DNA of 64,000 nucleotides from Bythopirellula sp. (GCA_965216565.1 OZ244170.1:2784001-2848000); one strand, 5' to 3'; counted from the first letter of the stretch, positions 44,865-54,536 are shown. Numbers and translations: made by a program. Notes: generated by a model not told the origin, from the letters alone.

Positions 44865-46139
44865 GTGAAAGTCCTGATTGTCGGAGGTGGAGGGCGCGAA
44901 CATGCACTGGCCTGGAAAATCGGTCAGAGCTCGCGTGTCGAACGCGTTTTTGTGGCTCCTGGCAATGCCGGGACTGCTACCGACGCTGAGAATGTAGCCA
45001 TCTCCGATACCGACGTGCCCGGCTTGGTCGAATTTGCCAAGCAAAACTCCATTGATCTGGCCGTCATTGGGCCCGAGGCGCCGCTGGCCGCCGGGGCCAC
45101 AGACATTCTCACATCGGAAGGCATCCCCACCTTTGGCCCCAGTGCCCAAGCCGCCGAGCTCGAAGCGAGCAAAGTTTTTTGCAAAAACCTGCTCCGTCAC
45201 GCCGACGTCCCGACCGCCGACTTCCACACCTTTACCTCCGCTGACCAGGCCAAGGCCTATCTTACCGAGCGGGAAGACGTACCCGTGGTGGTCAAAGCCG
45301 ATGGGCTGGCCGCTGGCAAAGGCGTGATCGTGTGCGACAACTGCGAGCAGGCGGTGGAAGCCGTCCAGCAAATCGCCGCCGACAAGCAGTTTGGCGAAGC
45401 AGGCAATCGGTTGGTCATCGAAGAACGGCTGGTTGGCCAAGAAGCTAGCGTCCTGGCTGTGACCGACGGGCGGACAATCATTACGATGCCTGCCGCGCAA
45501 GATCATAAGCCAGCCTTCGATGGCGATCGCGGCCCCAATACAGGTGGCATGGGCGCTTACTGCCCTACCCCGCTGGTGACTGATGAAATTATGACCTCGA
45601 TCGTCGAGAAGGTGCTTGTGCCGACGGTGCATCAAATGAAACGTTCGCGTCGGCCCTTCCGCGGAGTTCTCTACGCCGGGCTGATGATCACCAAACAGGG
45701 ACTCAAGGTTTTGGAATACAACGTTCGGTTTGGCGATCCCGAATGCCAACCGCTGATGATGCGGCTGAACAGCGACCTGGTCGACTTGATGCAGGCAACC
45801 GTGGAAGGCCGACTCGATGAACTCGATCCACTCGATTGGGACCCGCGACCCTCGGTTTGCGTGGTGATGGCTAGCGAAGGGTATCCCGGCAATTACGAAA
45901 AGGGATTGCCGATTCGCGGTCTCGACAAAGCGGCGAAAGTGCAAGATGTGAAGGTATTCCACGCCGGCACCAAACTGCAGGACGGGCAAGTCGTTACCAA
46001 CGGTGGCCGCGTCCTGGGCGTGACGTCACTAGGCAGTTCGATCGCTAACGCCAAACTGCAAGCCTACACCGCAGTGAAGTGCATCCGCTGGAACGGCGCC
46101 TGGTGCCGCAAAGATATCTCCGACAAGGCACTGGGCTAG
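44865..46139 (+). CDS. purD: Phosphoribosylamine--glycine ligase
   Basis: GGGGREHAL, APGNAG, GPEAPL, KADGLAAGKGV, QDHK, GPNTGGMGAY, EYNVRFGDPE, TNGGRVL. Confidence 0.98.
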   Translation: MKVLIVGGGGREHALAWKIGQSSRVERVFVAPGNAGTATDAENVAISDTDVPGLVEFAKQNSIDLAVIGPEAPLAAGATDILTSEGIPTFGPSAQAAELEASKVFCKNLLRHADVPTADFHTFTSADQAKAYLTEREDVPVVVKADGLAAGKGVIVCDNCEQAVEAVQQIAADKQFGEAGNRLVIEERLVGQEASVLAVTDGRTIITMPAAQDHKPAFDGDRGPNTGGMGAYCPTPLVTDEIMTSIVEKVLVPTVHQMKRSRRPFRGVLYAGLMITKQGLKVLEYNVRFGDPECQPLMMRLNSDLVDLMQATVEGRLDELDPLDWDPRPSVCVVMASEGYPGNYEKGLPIRGLDKAAKVQDVKVFHAGTKLQDGQVVTNGGRVLGVTSLGSSIANAKLQAYTAVKCIRWNGAWCRKDISDKALG

Positions 46140-46174
46140 GCAATGCTCAGTAGTTGGTGATTGGAACGCGCCAC

Positions 46175-46277
46175 AGGAAGCGAGGAAAAGTAACTTCTCT
46201 TCCAGTCCCTCGCCCCTTGGGGGAGAGGCTAGGTGAGGGGGATAATAGAGATCGGAAGTTACTTTTCCTCGCTTCCT
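46175..46277. repeat. Perfect 23-bp inverted repeat enclosing a REP-like hairpin
   Basis: aggaagcgaggaaaagtaacttc ... gaagttacttttcctcgcttcct around ccctcgccccttgggggagaggctaggtgagggg. Confidence 0.8.
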
Positions 46278-46346
46278 CCCAGCACTATGCATTTCGCCGC
46301 AGCCAGTCGCCATCGGAAACCTCTCCCCATAACCTATAATTAGGCT

Positions 46347-47141
46347 ATGAGCACTCTGCCCCTGGACTCCACCGACACACAGCAATCGAAAACCGAGCGT
46401 GCCTGGCCGATGCGGCTGTGGTTGGCGACGCCCGATTGGACGTTCCGTGCGCTGGGCGTGGTGTTCTTTGTTTCCTACCTCGCTTACAAGTGTCAGAAGT
46501 ATTGGCAGTTTGATTTCTGGAGGCTGGGGCCTTCCTACTTCTTCGAGCCGGGCGGCACGGTCTACCATATGCCGTGGGTTCCGGTGCTGGTCGACCTGAC
46601 GTTTGTGCTGATTGCCTTGGGCTTCTGTTTGCGTTTGCCACCCCGAAGTCGCGCGGCCAACGGCTGGGTGGTCGGCTTCACACTATTCACCGCCTTCGCT
46701 CCTATAATCCCCATCGAACTGCCAGCGGTCCTCGGGTTGTTCAACGAAAACTGGCAGCAGGCGTACAATAATTTTCTCTGGGCCGATCCTATTTCGCTCA
46801 ATCGTGTGTTCGTCGGCAGCACGCTTGTTACCGTAGGCAACGCGCTCGATTTGTGGGGTTACACCGTGCTGACGCGGAGCTTTGGGATTGTGCCCGAGGC
46901 GCGCGAGCTGAAGACAAGCGGGCCGTACCACTTTGTCCGGCACCCGGTTTACCTGGGCCAGTTTATTTCGCAGGCCGGGGTGTGGCTGCTGTTCGCCCAG
47001 ACGCACGTCGTTTGGATTGCGATGTATGTGGTGTTTGTCGCGATGCAGCTCTATCGCTCGAAGCTGGAAGACCGTGTACTCGCCGATGCCTTTGGCCAGC
47101 CGTACCGTGAGTGGCAAGAGCGAACCTTCTGGTTCGTTTGA
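46347..47141 (+). CDS. Isoprenylcysteine carboxylmethyltransferase/PEMT family membrane protein
   Basis: LTRSFGIVPEARELKTSGPYHFVRHPVYLG and LEDRVL...Y motifs. Confidence 0.82.
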   Translation: MSTLPLDSTDTQQSKTERAWPMRLWLATPDWTFRALGVVFFVSYLAYKCQKYWQFDFWRLGPSYFFEPGGTVYHMPWVPVLVDLTFVLIALGFCLRLPPRSRAANGWVVGFTLFTAFAPIIPIELPAVLGLFNENWQQAYNNFLWADPISLNRVFVGSTLVTVGNALDLWGYTVLTRSFGIVPEARELKTSGPYHFVRHPVYLGQFISQAGVWLLFAQTHVVWIAMYVVFVAMQLYRSKLEDRVLADAFGQPYREWQERTFWFV

Positions 47142-47160
47142 ACAAGAGTTCTCAAGAGTT

Positions 47161-48654
47161 CTAAAGCCGCTTGCGTCCTAGCAACCCCACCCCCACCCCA
47201 CCAATCAGCAACACCAACGAAGTTGGTTCAGGAACCACCGAGGCAATCGCAGCCGCCGCCGCGCCACCGTAGTTCGATTGCCAATCGGCCAAACTGCCGC
47301 CGTTGAGCGAGTGCGGATTCTTGCCGTTTTGCCACAGCAAAAAATCAAGGCCGTCGACGACGCCGTTCAAATCGAAGTCCCCCGCCAAATCGGCTGTGCC
47401 TGCTACCTGGGCTGGCGGTGCGATATCGAGATGCAGGTGATTGAGGTGTACGCTACTCGGATCTAAGAAGGTCGGTACGCTGGGCCGTGCGGCATTGATG
47501 CCGTCGATAACATCTGCGTTGGAGAAGATAATCCGAGCCATGCTCCCACGGTGGGGACCACCTGCGTTGCCGGCGTCGATATAGGCCACGGCAATATCGA
47601 TGAGATCTTGCTCGGCGGAGTTGATGCTCCCATTGCCAAAGTTCTGCGTCGCGCCGGCGACATGCATATCGATATCGAGACCCACACGGTGCGTATTATG
47701 CGCGAAAGCCGAGCCGTAACCATCGTCGGTCGACATGGCGTTCATCAACTGAGGAATACCCGTGTTGGCATGGGCAGCGGCAGAACCGGCGAACCAAAAA
47801 TCGATCGACCAATCGGTGCCAAAACGTTCCGGCTGGGGAGTAAAACCCGTGCGGGCACCGGTGCCGGGATCGCGTCCGGGAAGGATATCGAAATCGCCCC
47901 GTATGTTGGCCACACTAAACGAACCGGCAGGTCGCTGGGGATTGGGATCAATGAGTTCGTTCCACCGGGGAGCGTTCACCGCGTTAAGCCACCCCGCGGT
48001 GTTCGGTCCCACAATTCCATCGACGCTGTTTTGCGTGGTGTTCACCCCACCGACAAATGCGCCTTGGAATGTGCGTAGCGCCGTGTCGGTATTGTTTCCG
48101 AACAGTCCATCGACCACTAATTGGCCCCCGCCTTCGGAAACGAAGCCGAGGTAGCGCAACCGTTGTTGCTGCTGAGCGACATGCAACTTGTTGTTTCTGC
48201 GGCCAATCGCTTCCAAGCCCTGCAACACCGCACCCTCACCCGCGCCGGTATAGCCGGGCCGCACGGTTACGGCGAATGTCTTCGGCTGACCATCAATAGA
48301 TACACTGCCTTCCAGCCGCCCCTGGAACCCACGTTCGTCAGGTGCCAGATCGCCCAGTGCCGCCGTGTTGCGCGAAGGATCGGCAAATACCCACAGACGT
48401 CCCTCGCTGGAAAAACTCCCTTGGCCCAGTTGATCGCTATCGAGCACCGTGTGCCCAGAGAAACCGCCAAGCGTGAGGTTCGAGAAAGACGCGCCCGAAG
48501 AAACTCCGGGCAACGCGCCGAAGTCGACTTCGATTCCATTGCCAGAGCGTCCAAAGAATTCAAAATCAGCAGCATTGGCCGGCACTGACGGCGAGGCTAT
48601 CACAGCCAGCAACGCCAGTATCCATAGTGCGATGGTACGAATCTGCAAATCCAT
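47161..48654 (-). CDS. PEP-CTERM protein with peptidoglycan-binding domain and MepA-like metallopeptidase motifs
   Basis: Signal peptide; QQRLRYLGF...VDGLFGNNT...FQ...VDGIVGPNT; HNTHRVGLDID and HLNHLH; GDFDLNGVVDGLDFLLWQ; VPEPTS-TM-RKR. Confidence 0.8.
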   Translation of the reverse strand: MDLQIRTIALWILALLAVIASPSVPANAADFEFFGRSGNGIEVDFGALPGVSSGASFSNLTLGGFSGHTVLDSDQLGQGSFSSEGRLWVFADPSRNTAALGDLAPDERGFQGRLEGSVSIDGQPKTFAVTVRPGYTGAGEGAVLQGLEAIGRRNNKLHVAQQQQRLRYLGFVSEGGGQLVVDGLFGNNTDTALRTFQGAFVGGVNTTQNSVDGIVGPNTAGWLNAVNAPRWNELIDPNPQRPAGSFSVANIRGDFDILPGRDPGTGARTGFTPQPERFGTDWSIDFWFAGSAAAHANTGIPQLMNAMSTDDGYGSAFAHNTHRVGLDIDMHVAGATQNFGNGSINSAEQDLIDIAVAYIDAGNAGGPHRGSMARIIFSNADVIDGINAARPSVPTFLDPSSVHLNHLHLDIAPPAQVAGTADLAGDFDLNGVVDGLDFLLWQNGKNPHSLNGGSLADWQSNYGGAAAAAIASVVPEPTSLVLLIGGVGVGLLGRKRL

Positions 48655-48928
48655 CAAGATTTCTCCGAACTTTTGACGCTGTTCCACCGTATTAAATATT
48701 TGACCGACCTGCAGCTATCTATTGTAAGAACGCGTCTGAAATGCGGCCATGACTTTACTGCGTTAGAGTTTCTATCAAAAACGCATGGCTCTGCGAATTG
48801 ACGCTGAAAACCTGCATTGAGACAACCGTTACAAGCCAACCAACCCCCCGGACAACGTAAGCCAGCACACAAGGGACTTGAGTTGATCTTGCAATACGCT
48901 TTCCTGTCTAGGGTATAATAGAGGGACG

Positions 48929-49414
48929 ATGATACTGATCAAGAAAACGCTGGCCCTGCTAACCTGCCTGGGAATGTTACTGCCTGGTGCAGCCCAAGCC
49001 ACTTGCTTGTGTTGCGCTCAAGGCGGGTGTGCTGGAACCGATCAGTCCTGCTCCGCCGAAGTTTGCCCCAGCACCAAAGCTACTTCAACGAACAGCTGCT
49101 GCGGCAAAAGTAACAACTGTTGCAGCGAAGCGAAAACGGCCAGTTGTTGCGAAGACGTAATTACCGCCTGCTCGTCACCTGCAGGAAAGTGCGGGCCTGC
49201 GTGCACTTGCTGTCCCGAAAGTCCACCGGTTGTGCCGGCACGCTGTTGCGTGCCGCTCGAACTTCAAGAACAACTCTCCGGCTTGGCATGGACACCTGGC
49301 GCGGCCCCAGCTGAGCTCGATGGCCATCAGATCACACAGTTGGTTGCCTCCGGCAGCCTGACCTCCAACTCCAATCTCCGACTCCATGCGCTTCTGGGCG
49401 TGTGGCTGAATTAA
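48929..49414 (+). CDS. Cys-rich exported-type hypothetical protein (20 Cys)
   Basis: Signal peptide AQA-T; repeated CC pairs; C-terminus LHALLGVWLN. Confidence 0.65.
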   Translation: MILIKKTLALLTCLGMLLPGAAQATCLCCAQGGCAGTDQSCSAEVCPSTKATSTNSCCGKSNNCCSEAKTASCCEDVITACSSPAGKCGPACTCCPESPPVVPARCCVPLELQEQLSGLAWTPGAAPAELDGHQITQLVASGSLTSNSNLRLHALLGVWLN

Positions 49415-49508
49415 TGCAGCCAAGGTTGAGTCTTCTTTTTTTAGATTACTAACTTTGTTCGTTAATTCATTCTTAATAACGGATTCCGGTCCGTAGGAGA
49501 AATTTGAA

Positions 49509-49706
49509 ATGTCTGTATTTACAAAACTGTTTGCTGTCTTGGCTTTGGTTAGTGCTTCAGTCTTTGGCTTCCAAGCGTTCGCTGCCGACGGTGGCGGTTG
49601 CTGCTGTGACGATACATGTGCTTGCGAATCGTGCGAGTGCGATGGCTCCGGCGAATGCGATTGCTCGGAATGCTGCTGCGGTGGCACCTGCACCAAGGAC
49701 AGCTAA
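49509..49706 (+). CDS. Small signal-peptide-bearing metallothionein-like protein
   Basis: AGGAG SD; signal peptide AFA-A; mature part DGGGCCCDDTCACESCECDGSGECDCSECCCGGTCTKDS (13 Cys); terminator follows. Confidence 0.75.
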   Translation: MSVFTKLFAVLALVSASVFGFQAFAADGGGCCCDDTCACESCECDGSGECDCSECCCGGTCTKDS

Positions 49707-49737
49707 GCACTAGTTTAGCTTGACTAGTTAGAGTCAG

Positions 49738-49771
49738 CCCTCGGCCGCCACATGGTGGCCGAGGGTTTTTT
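49738..49771 (+). terminator. Rho-independent terminator
   Basis: ccctcggccgcc-acat-ggtggccgaggg followed by T6. Confidence 0.85.
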
Positions 49772-49821
49772 CTTGCGCTATCCCGGGTGTCCGAGTCGCC
49801 GGCAAGAGTCATAATCGTAAT

Positions 49822-52800
49822 ATGAATTCATGGCGTTACATCCTGGCAAGCCTGACGCACCATCGCCGCGTCCACCTGGCCGTGGCAGCAGGCGTTGCTG
49901 TGGCTACAGCGGTTATCGTCGGTGCGTTATTGGTGGGCGACTCGGTACGCGGCAGTCTCAAGAGCTTAGCCCTCGGCCGCTTAGGCCACATCGAGGAAGT
50001 GCTCCTTGGCGTCCACCCATTCCGCGTCTCGCTGGGAACGGAACTGCAACAACGCGCTAAAGAAGACTCTCTGAACCTCGAAATAGCACCGCTCGTGCTC
50101 ACACGGGGAACGCTCAAAACGACTGACAGAGATAACAGCCGCCTTGCCGTGGGCGTTTCGGTAATCGGTTGCGACTCACAATTTTGGAAATTCGATAGCG
50201 AGCTTCCTGCCCTGGCACTCGACCGTCGCGGCATCGCAATCTCGCAGCAGCTTGCCGACGAACTAAGCGTAAAGGCTGGCGACGAACTCCTGCTACGTCT
50301 CTCCGCCTCCGCCACTTTGCCGGGGGATAGCACTTTGGCTGAGAAAGATGACACAATCGTCTCCCGGCGATTCGAGATTACCACCGTATTACCGAGCGAG
50401 GGACTCGCCCGCTTCTCGCTGGAGCCAACCCAACGTTCGCCGCGAAATGTTTTTCTCTCGCTCGATGCCATCCAAGGCATGCTCGACTGGGACAACCAAG
50501 CGAACGCCTTGGCCGTGGGACAATCGCAAAACGACTCCATCTCTAGCGAACAGTTCGCAGAACGCCTTTCCCATGTTCCACTGCAGCCAACATTAGACGA
50601 CTTAGGCTTGCAAATTGAACGGATTGAGCTAGCCGGCGGCAATCCCCAGCCACGGTGGCAAATTTCTTCGCGTGCGCTGGTGCTCCCCGATCACGTGGTC
50701 GAACTCATCGAGCAACAGCAGGGCACAGGACAAACTCAACGAGTCGTTACCTACCTGGCCAATACGTTGGAATCGGGGGACAACAAGATTCCCTATTCCA
50801 CAATTACCGGAGTCGATTCGAACGTCAAAGCAGGCCCCCTGTTGGACGACCAAGGCAGACCAATCACAATCGCCCCGGGCCAGATAGTGCTCAATGATTG
50901 GGCTGCTTCAGAACTGAATACCGAAGTGGGCGATGAAATCGTTACCACTTACTACGAACCAGAAACTACACATGGCGAACTCCGCACAGCCGAACCACTG
51001 CGGCTGACATTGATAGCGATCGCCCCGCTCGCAGACGACGGCGAAGCGCCCACACTAGCCGCGGATCCCACGCTCACTCCCGAGCTACCGGGCGTTACCG
51101 ATCAGGCATCGATCAGCGACTGGGACTTGCCGTTCGATTTGGTAGAAGAAATCCGCCCCCAGGATGAAGACTACTGGGACGAGTACCGCACCACCCCCAA
51201 GGCGTTTGTCGATCTAAAAACGGCCCAGCGACTTTGGCATACGCGCTGGGGAACGGTCAGCGCCGTGCGGCTCCCGCCGAATACGTCGCAGCAGGCAGCC
51301 TCGCAGTTGGCCGAAAAACTCGACCCCGCGCAGCTCGGTCTCGTCTGGCTACCACTTCGTAGGCAGGGATTGCGCGCTTCGCGAGGTACCACTTCTTTCG
51401 AAGGGTTGTTCCTAGGGTTTAGTTTCTTCCTCCTTGCCTCGGCCATGCTGTTGGTGAATTTGCTCTTCAAGCTGGGCATCGAAGGTCGGACTGCCGAAAT
51501 CGGTTTACTCTCTGCAATCGGTTACCCAGCATCTCGGCTGCGGCGTTTGCTGTTGGGCGAAGTCGCAATGATTGCAGTTGTGGGTGCTACGTTGGGTGTC
51601 GCATTAGGAGTCGGCTACGCTCGGCTGATGATCCACGGGCTCAGCACGTGGTGGGTCGCCGCCACTGTGGAACCGTTTCTCAGCTTGTATGTTACTCCTC
51701 GTAGTTTGATCGTGGGATTCCTGTTGGGAGTTCTAATCGCACTGGCAACAACAGCTTGGGCATTACGAAAAATTATCCGTCTGCCCGCGCGGCAACTCAT
51801 CGCAGGCGACTACTCCGAACCACCGACTTCAACGTCGCCAGCAAAACTATCGGACAAACCTAAACGACGCTGGCTTCCGGCAGCGTTGGCTCTCCTGGCG
51901 GTCGGACTGGTGTTCTTCGCTAGGGACCTCACTGGCGAAGCCCAGGCAGGCGCTTTTTTCGGTGCGGGGGCCTTGGTGCTGACCGCGTCGCTTTGGCAAC
52001 TCGGCAAGCAGTTGCGTGCCGATAGTCAACAGGCGCCAAGTAGGCTCTCGCTCTCCGGCCTCGCCGCTCGCAACGCGCGGCGCAATCCGAGCCGTTCGAT
52101 TCTTTCCGTGAGCCTCGCCGCCGTGGCAAGCTTTCTAATCGTCGCGCTCAGTGCCTTTCGACTGGCACCCACCGAACAAGGCACCGGCGGTTTCGATCTC
52201 TTGGCCAAGGCAGATCAACCTCTGCTCTTCGATTTGGATTCCGAAGCGGGTCGCGAGGATCTTGGTTTCGACGAGCAGAACAATCCCTCCTTTGCCGGAG
52301 CCCTTGTAGAATCCCTACGAGTGCATGATGGGGCAGACGCCAGCTGCTTGAATCTCTACCAAACCACCCAACCCCGAGTGCTCGGCGTCTCTCAGAGTTT
52401 CGCAGACTCGGCGCGTTTTGCGTTTGCCGCGACTGCCTCAGATCATCCAGACAAAAGCCCCTGGCGGGCCTTGCAAACCGAATTGGGCAAGGACGCAGCG
52501 GGACGAGATATCGTGCCGATCGTGTTAGATAAAAACACCGCGACATACAGCCTGCATCTCTCGGGGCTGGGAGCGCGGTTCAACATTCAAGACGATTCCG
52601 ACCAGGCTGTAACGCTGGAAGTCGTGGGGTTACTCGCCGGCAGTGTTCTGCAAGGGAATGTCATGATGAGCGAGGCAAACTTTCTACGTCTGTTCCCCAC
52701 GACAACCGGGCATCGGTTCTTCTTGATTCGTACCGGTGAATTGCCGCCGCACGAATTGGCCCAGCAGCTTGAGTCGCAACTAGAAGATTATGGCTTCCGC

Positions 52801-53229
52801 ACGGTCGATGCCAACAAGCGATTAGCCGACTATCTGGCTGTGCAAAACACTTATCTCTCAACGTTCCAAACTCTTGGCGCATTGGGTCTGCTGCTTGGAA
52901 CCGTCGGGCTGGCCATTGCTCAGCTGCGTAGTGTATTGGAGCGACGGAGCGAACTCGCCTTGCTTCGATCCGCCGGCTTTCGCCGCCAGCGCTTGGCAAG
53001 CATGGTGTTGGGGGAAAATCTTGTGCTGCTCTTGGGAGGCTTGGGAATCGGTTGCCTGGCTGCCGCGGTGGCCGTACTGCCGCATTGGTGGCTCGGTGAG
53101 GCAAATACACCATGGGCCACGCTCGCCATGATGCTACTAGCGATCGCACTGGCTGGAATCTTGGCCGGGTTCCTTGCTGTTCGCGCCGCAGTCGCAGCGC
53201 CGTTAGTGGCCGCATTGCGCGGCGACTAA
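49822..53229 (+). CDS. Large FtsX/MacB-like ABC transporter permease (duplicated permease modules)
   Basis: GALLVGDS N-terminal TM; EGRTAEIGLLSAIG and ERRSELALLRSAG FtsX motifs. Confidence 0.87.
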   Translation: MNSWRYILASLTHHRRVHLAVAAGVAVATAVIVGALLVGDSVRGSLKSLALGRLGHIEEVLLGVHPFRVSLGTELQQRAKEDSLNLEIAPLVLTRGTLKTTDRDNSRLAVGVSVIGCDSQFWKFDSELPALALDRRGIAISQQLADELSVKAGDELLLRLSASATLPGDSTLAEKDDTIVSRRFEITTVLPSEGLARFSLEPTQRSPRNVFLSLDAIQGMLDWDNQANALAVGQSQNDSISSEQFAERLSHVPLQPTLDDLGLQIERIELAGGNPQPRWQISSRALVLPDHVVELIEQQQGTGQTQRVVTYLANTLESGDNKIPYSTITGVDSNVKAGPLLDDQGRPITIAPGQIVLNDWAASELNTEVGDEIVTTYYEPETTHGELRTAEPLRLTLIAIAPLADDGEAPTLAADPTLTPELPGVTDQASISDWDLPFDLVEEIRPQDEDYWDEYRTTPKAFVDLKTAQRLWHTRWGTVSAVRLPPNTSQQAASQLAEKLDPAQLGLVWLPLRRQGLRASRGTTSFEGLFLGFSFFLLASAMLLVNLLFKLGIEGRTAEIGLLSAIGYPASRLRRLLLGEVAMIAVVGATLGVALGVGYARLMIHGLSTWWVAATVEPFLSLYVTPRSLIVGFLLGVLIALATTAWALRKIIRLPARQLIAGDYSEPPTSTSPAKLSDKPKRRWLPAALALLAVGLVFFARDLTGEAQAGAFFGAGALVLTASLWQLGKQLRADSQQAPSRLSLSGLAARNARRNPSRSILSVSLAAVASFLIVALSAFRLAPTEQGTGGFDLLAKADQPLLFDLDSEAGREDLGFDEQNNPSFAGALVESLRVHDGADASCLNLYQTTQPRVLGVSQSFADSARFAFAATASDHPDKSPWRALQTELGKDAAGRDIVPIVLDKNTATYSLHLSGLGARFNIQDDSDQAVTLEVVGLLAGSVLQGNVMMSEANFLRLFPTTTGHRFFLIRTGELPPHELAQQLESQLEDYGFRTVDANKRLADYLAVQNTYLSTFQTLGALGLLLGTVGLAIAQLRSVLERRSELALLRSAGFRRQRLASMVLGENLVLLLGGLGIGCLAAAVAVLPHWWLGEANTPWATLAMMLLAIALAGILAGFLAVRAAVAAPLVAALRGD

Positions 53230-53278
53230 CCCGTGTTTCAAGGTTTTAGTTCACTAAAAGAAGATGGTGCATCCACCT

Positions 53279-53348
53279 GGGTGGCTGGGGTCGACCAAAG
53301 CGAGCCCCCAGTTGGACCATTCCCGAGGCTTGCAAAACTAGGCCCCAG
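53279..53348. repeat. GGTGGCTGGGGTCGA-family palindromic repeat (degenerate)
   Basis: Shares ggctggggtcga...cgagccc.cag with 2915-2990. Confidence 0.5.
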
Positions 53349-53444
53349 TTTCGAACTGAACCCCTCGTTTCACTAGCGTCACCACTGCGAGTGGTTTACA
53401 GTGACAACTCCGCCCTAAACGCTTAACTCCGACGAGAGATTTCT

Positions 53445-54536
53445 ATGCGTAGCATGTTGTTTGTGGTGTCGTCCTTCCTGGTAACGATCATTGCCTGGGG
53501 CATGTATGGTCCCGTCTTGCATTGGGGCCAGGCAGGCATGTCGACCGGCACCGACATGGCACGATTGCGTCCGTTTATCTGCGTAGGCCTCGCCTATTTT
53601 GCGATTGGCGTTGTCGTTCCCGCCCTGCTATTGCAACTCAAGGGCGAACAAGGAAGCTGGACCTTGCAGGGGATCATTTTCAGCCTGGCGGGCGGAGCGC
53701 TGGGAGCCATCGGTGCGCTGGGGATCATCCTCGCGTTTCGTTTTGGCGGGAAACCCGTCTACGTCATGCCACTAGTGTTTGGCGGTGCGCCGGTCGTTAA
53801 TTCGTTCATCACCATCTCGCTCGCCAAACGAATGAAAGATATCGGCCCACTGTTCGGGGCTGGTTTGGTCATGGTGCTGCTCGGTGCAATCACCGTCCTC
53901 ACTCAGGCGCCGCGGGCAGAAAAACATGTCGAACCAACTGCCGCCACGCTCGAAGCGCAGGCCAACGAAGCGGAGGAGGTCGACATCAAGAGCTCGCTGC
54001 CGATGGGGGGCTATCTGATGCAGATCCTGTCGATCGCGACCGTTGTTATCTGTTGGGGGGCTTACGGCCCCGTGCTACACAAAGGACAAGCTGCCATGGA
54101 GCATAGCCGGCTCAGACCACTACTGTGTGTGGGGCTCGCCTATTTTGCGATCGCGGTGTTTGTGCCGATGCTGATCCTCACGACTGTCCCGGACTTCGAA
54201 GCCAGCGAATTCAATTTCAGCGGTACAGTGTGGAGTCTCTCGGCAGGTGCCGCCGGCGCCATCGGGGCCCTGGGAATCATCATGGCATTCAACTTCGGCG
54301 GACGCCCTGTCTATGTGATGCCGCTGGTGTTTGGTGGCGCTCCAGTGGTGAACACGCTCCTAACAACCATCGTCGGAGGATTATGGGGCGAAGTGCAGGC
54401 GTTGTTTCTCGCAGGCTTAATCCTAGTGATCGCCGGCGCGGCAATGGTCCTGGTGTTCGCCCCCAAGGGTCCCCCTCCCACGAAAAGCCCCCCCTCCTCT
54501 CCTGCCCCAGAAGAGGGCGAATCCCCGAATGGGTGA
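53445..54536 (+). CDS. Internally duplicated multi-TM membrane protein (DMT/EamA-like)
   Basis: Two copies of WGxYGPVLH...RPxxCVGLAYFAI...GAIGALGII...PVYVMPLVFGGAPVVN. Confidence 0.75.
   Translation: MRSMLFVVSSFLVTIIAWGMYGPVLHWGQAGMSTGTDMARLRPFICVGLAYFAIGVVVPALLLQLKGEQGSWTLQGIIFSLAGGALGAIGALGIILAFRFGGKPVYVMPLVFGGAPVVNSFITISLAKRMKDIGPLFGAGLVMVLLGAITVLTQAPRAEKHVEPTAATLEAQANEAEEVDIKSSLPMGGYLMQILSIATVVICWGAYGPVLHKGQAAMEHSRLRPLLCVGLAYFAIAVFVPMLILTTVPDFEASEFNFSGTVWSLSAGAAGAIGALGIIMAFNFGGRPVYVMPLVFGGAPVVNTLLTTIVGGLWGEVQALFLAGLILVIAGAAMVLVFAPKGPPPTKSPPSSPAPEEGESPNG

Noticed and set aside
44772..45989. 405-aa antisense ORF over purD (and similar long antisense ORFs over secA, cox and the octaheme gene)
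   Set aside because: Shadow ORFs caused by high-GC codon bias; no motifs
48929..49706. RiPP precursor (ranthipeptide or lanthipeptide) interpretation of the Cys-rich ORFs
   Set aside because: They carry Sec-type signal peptides, and no radical SAM, LanM/LanB or peptidase-transporter gene is adjacent
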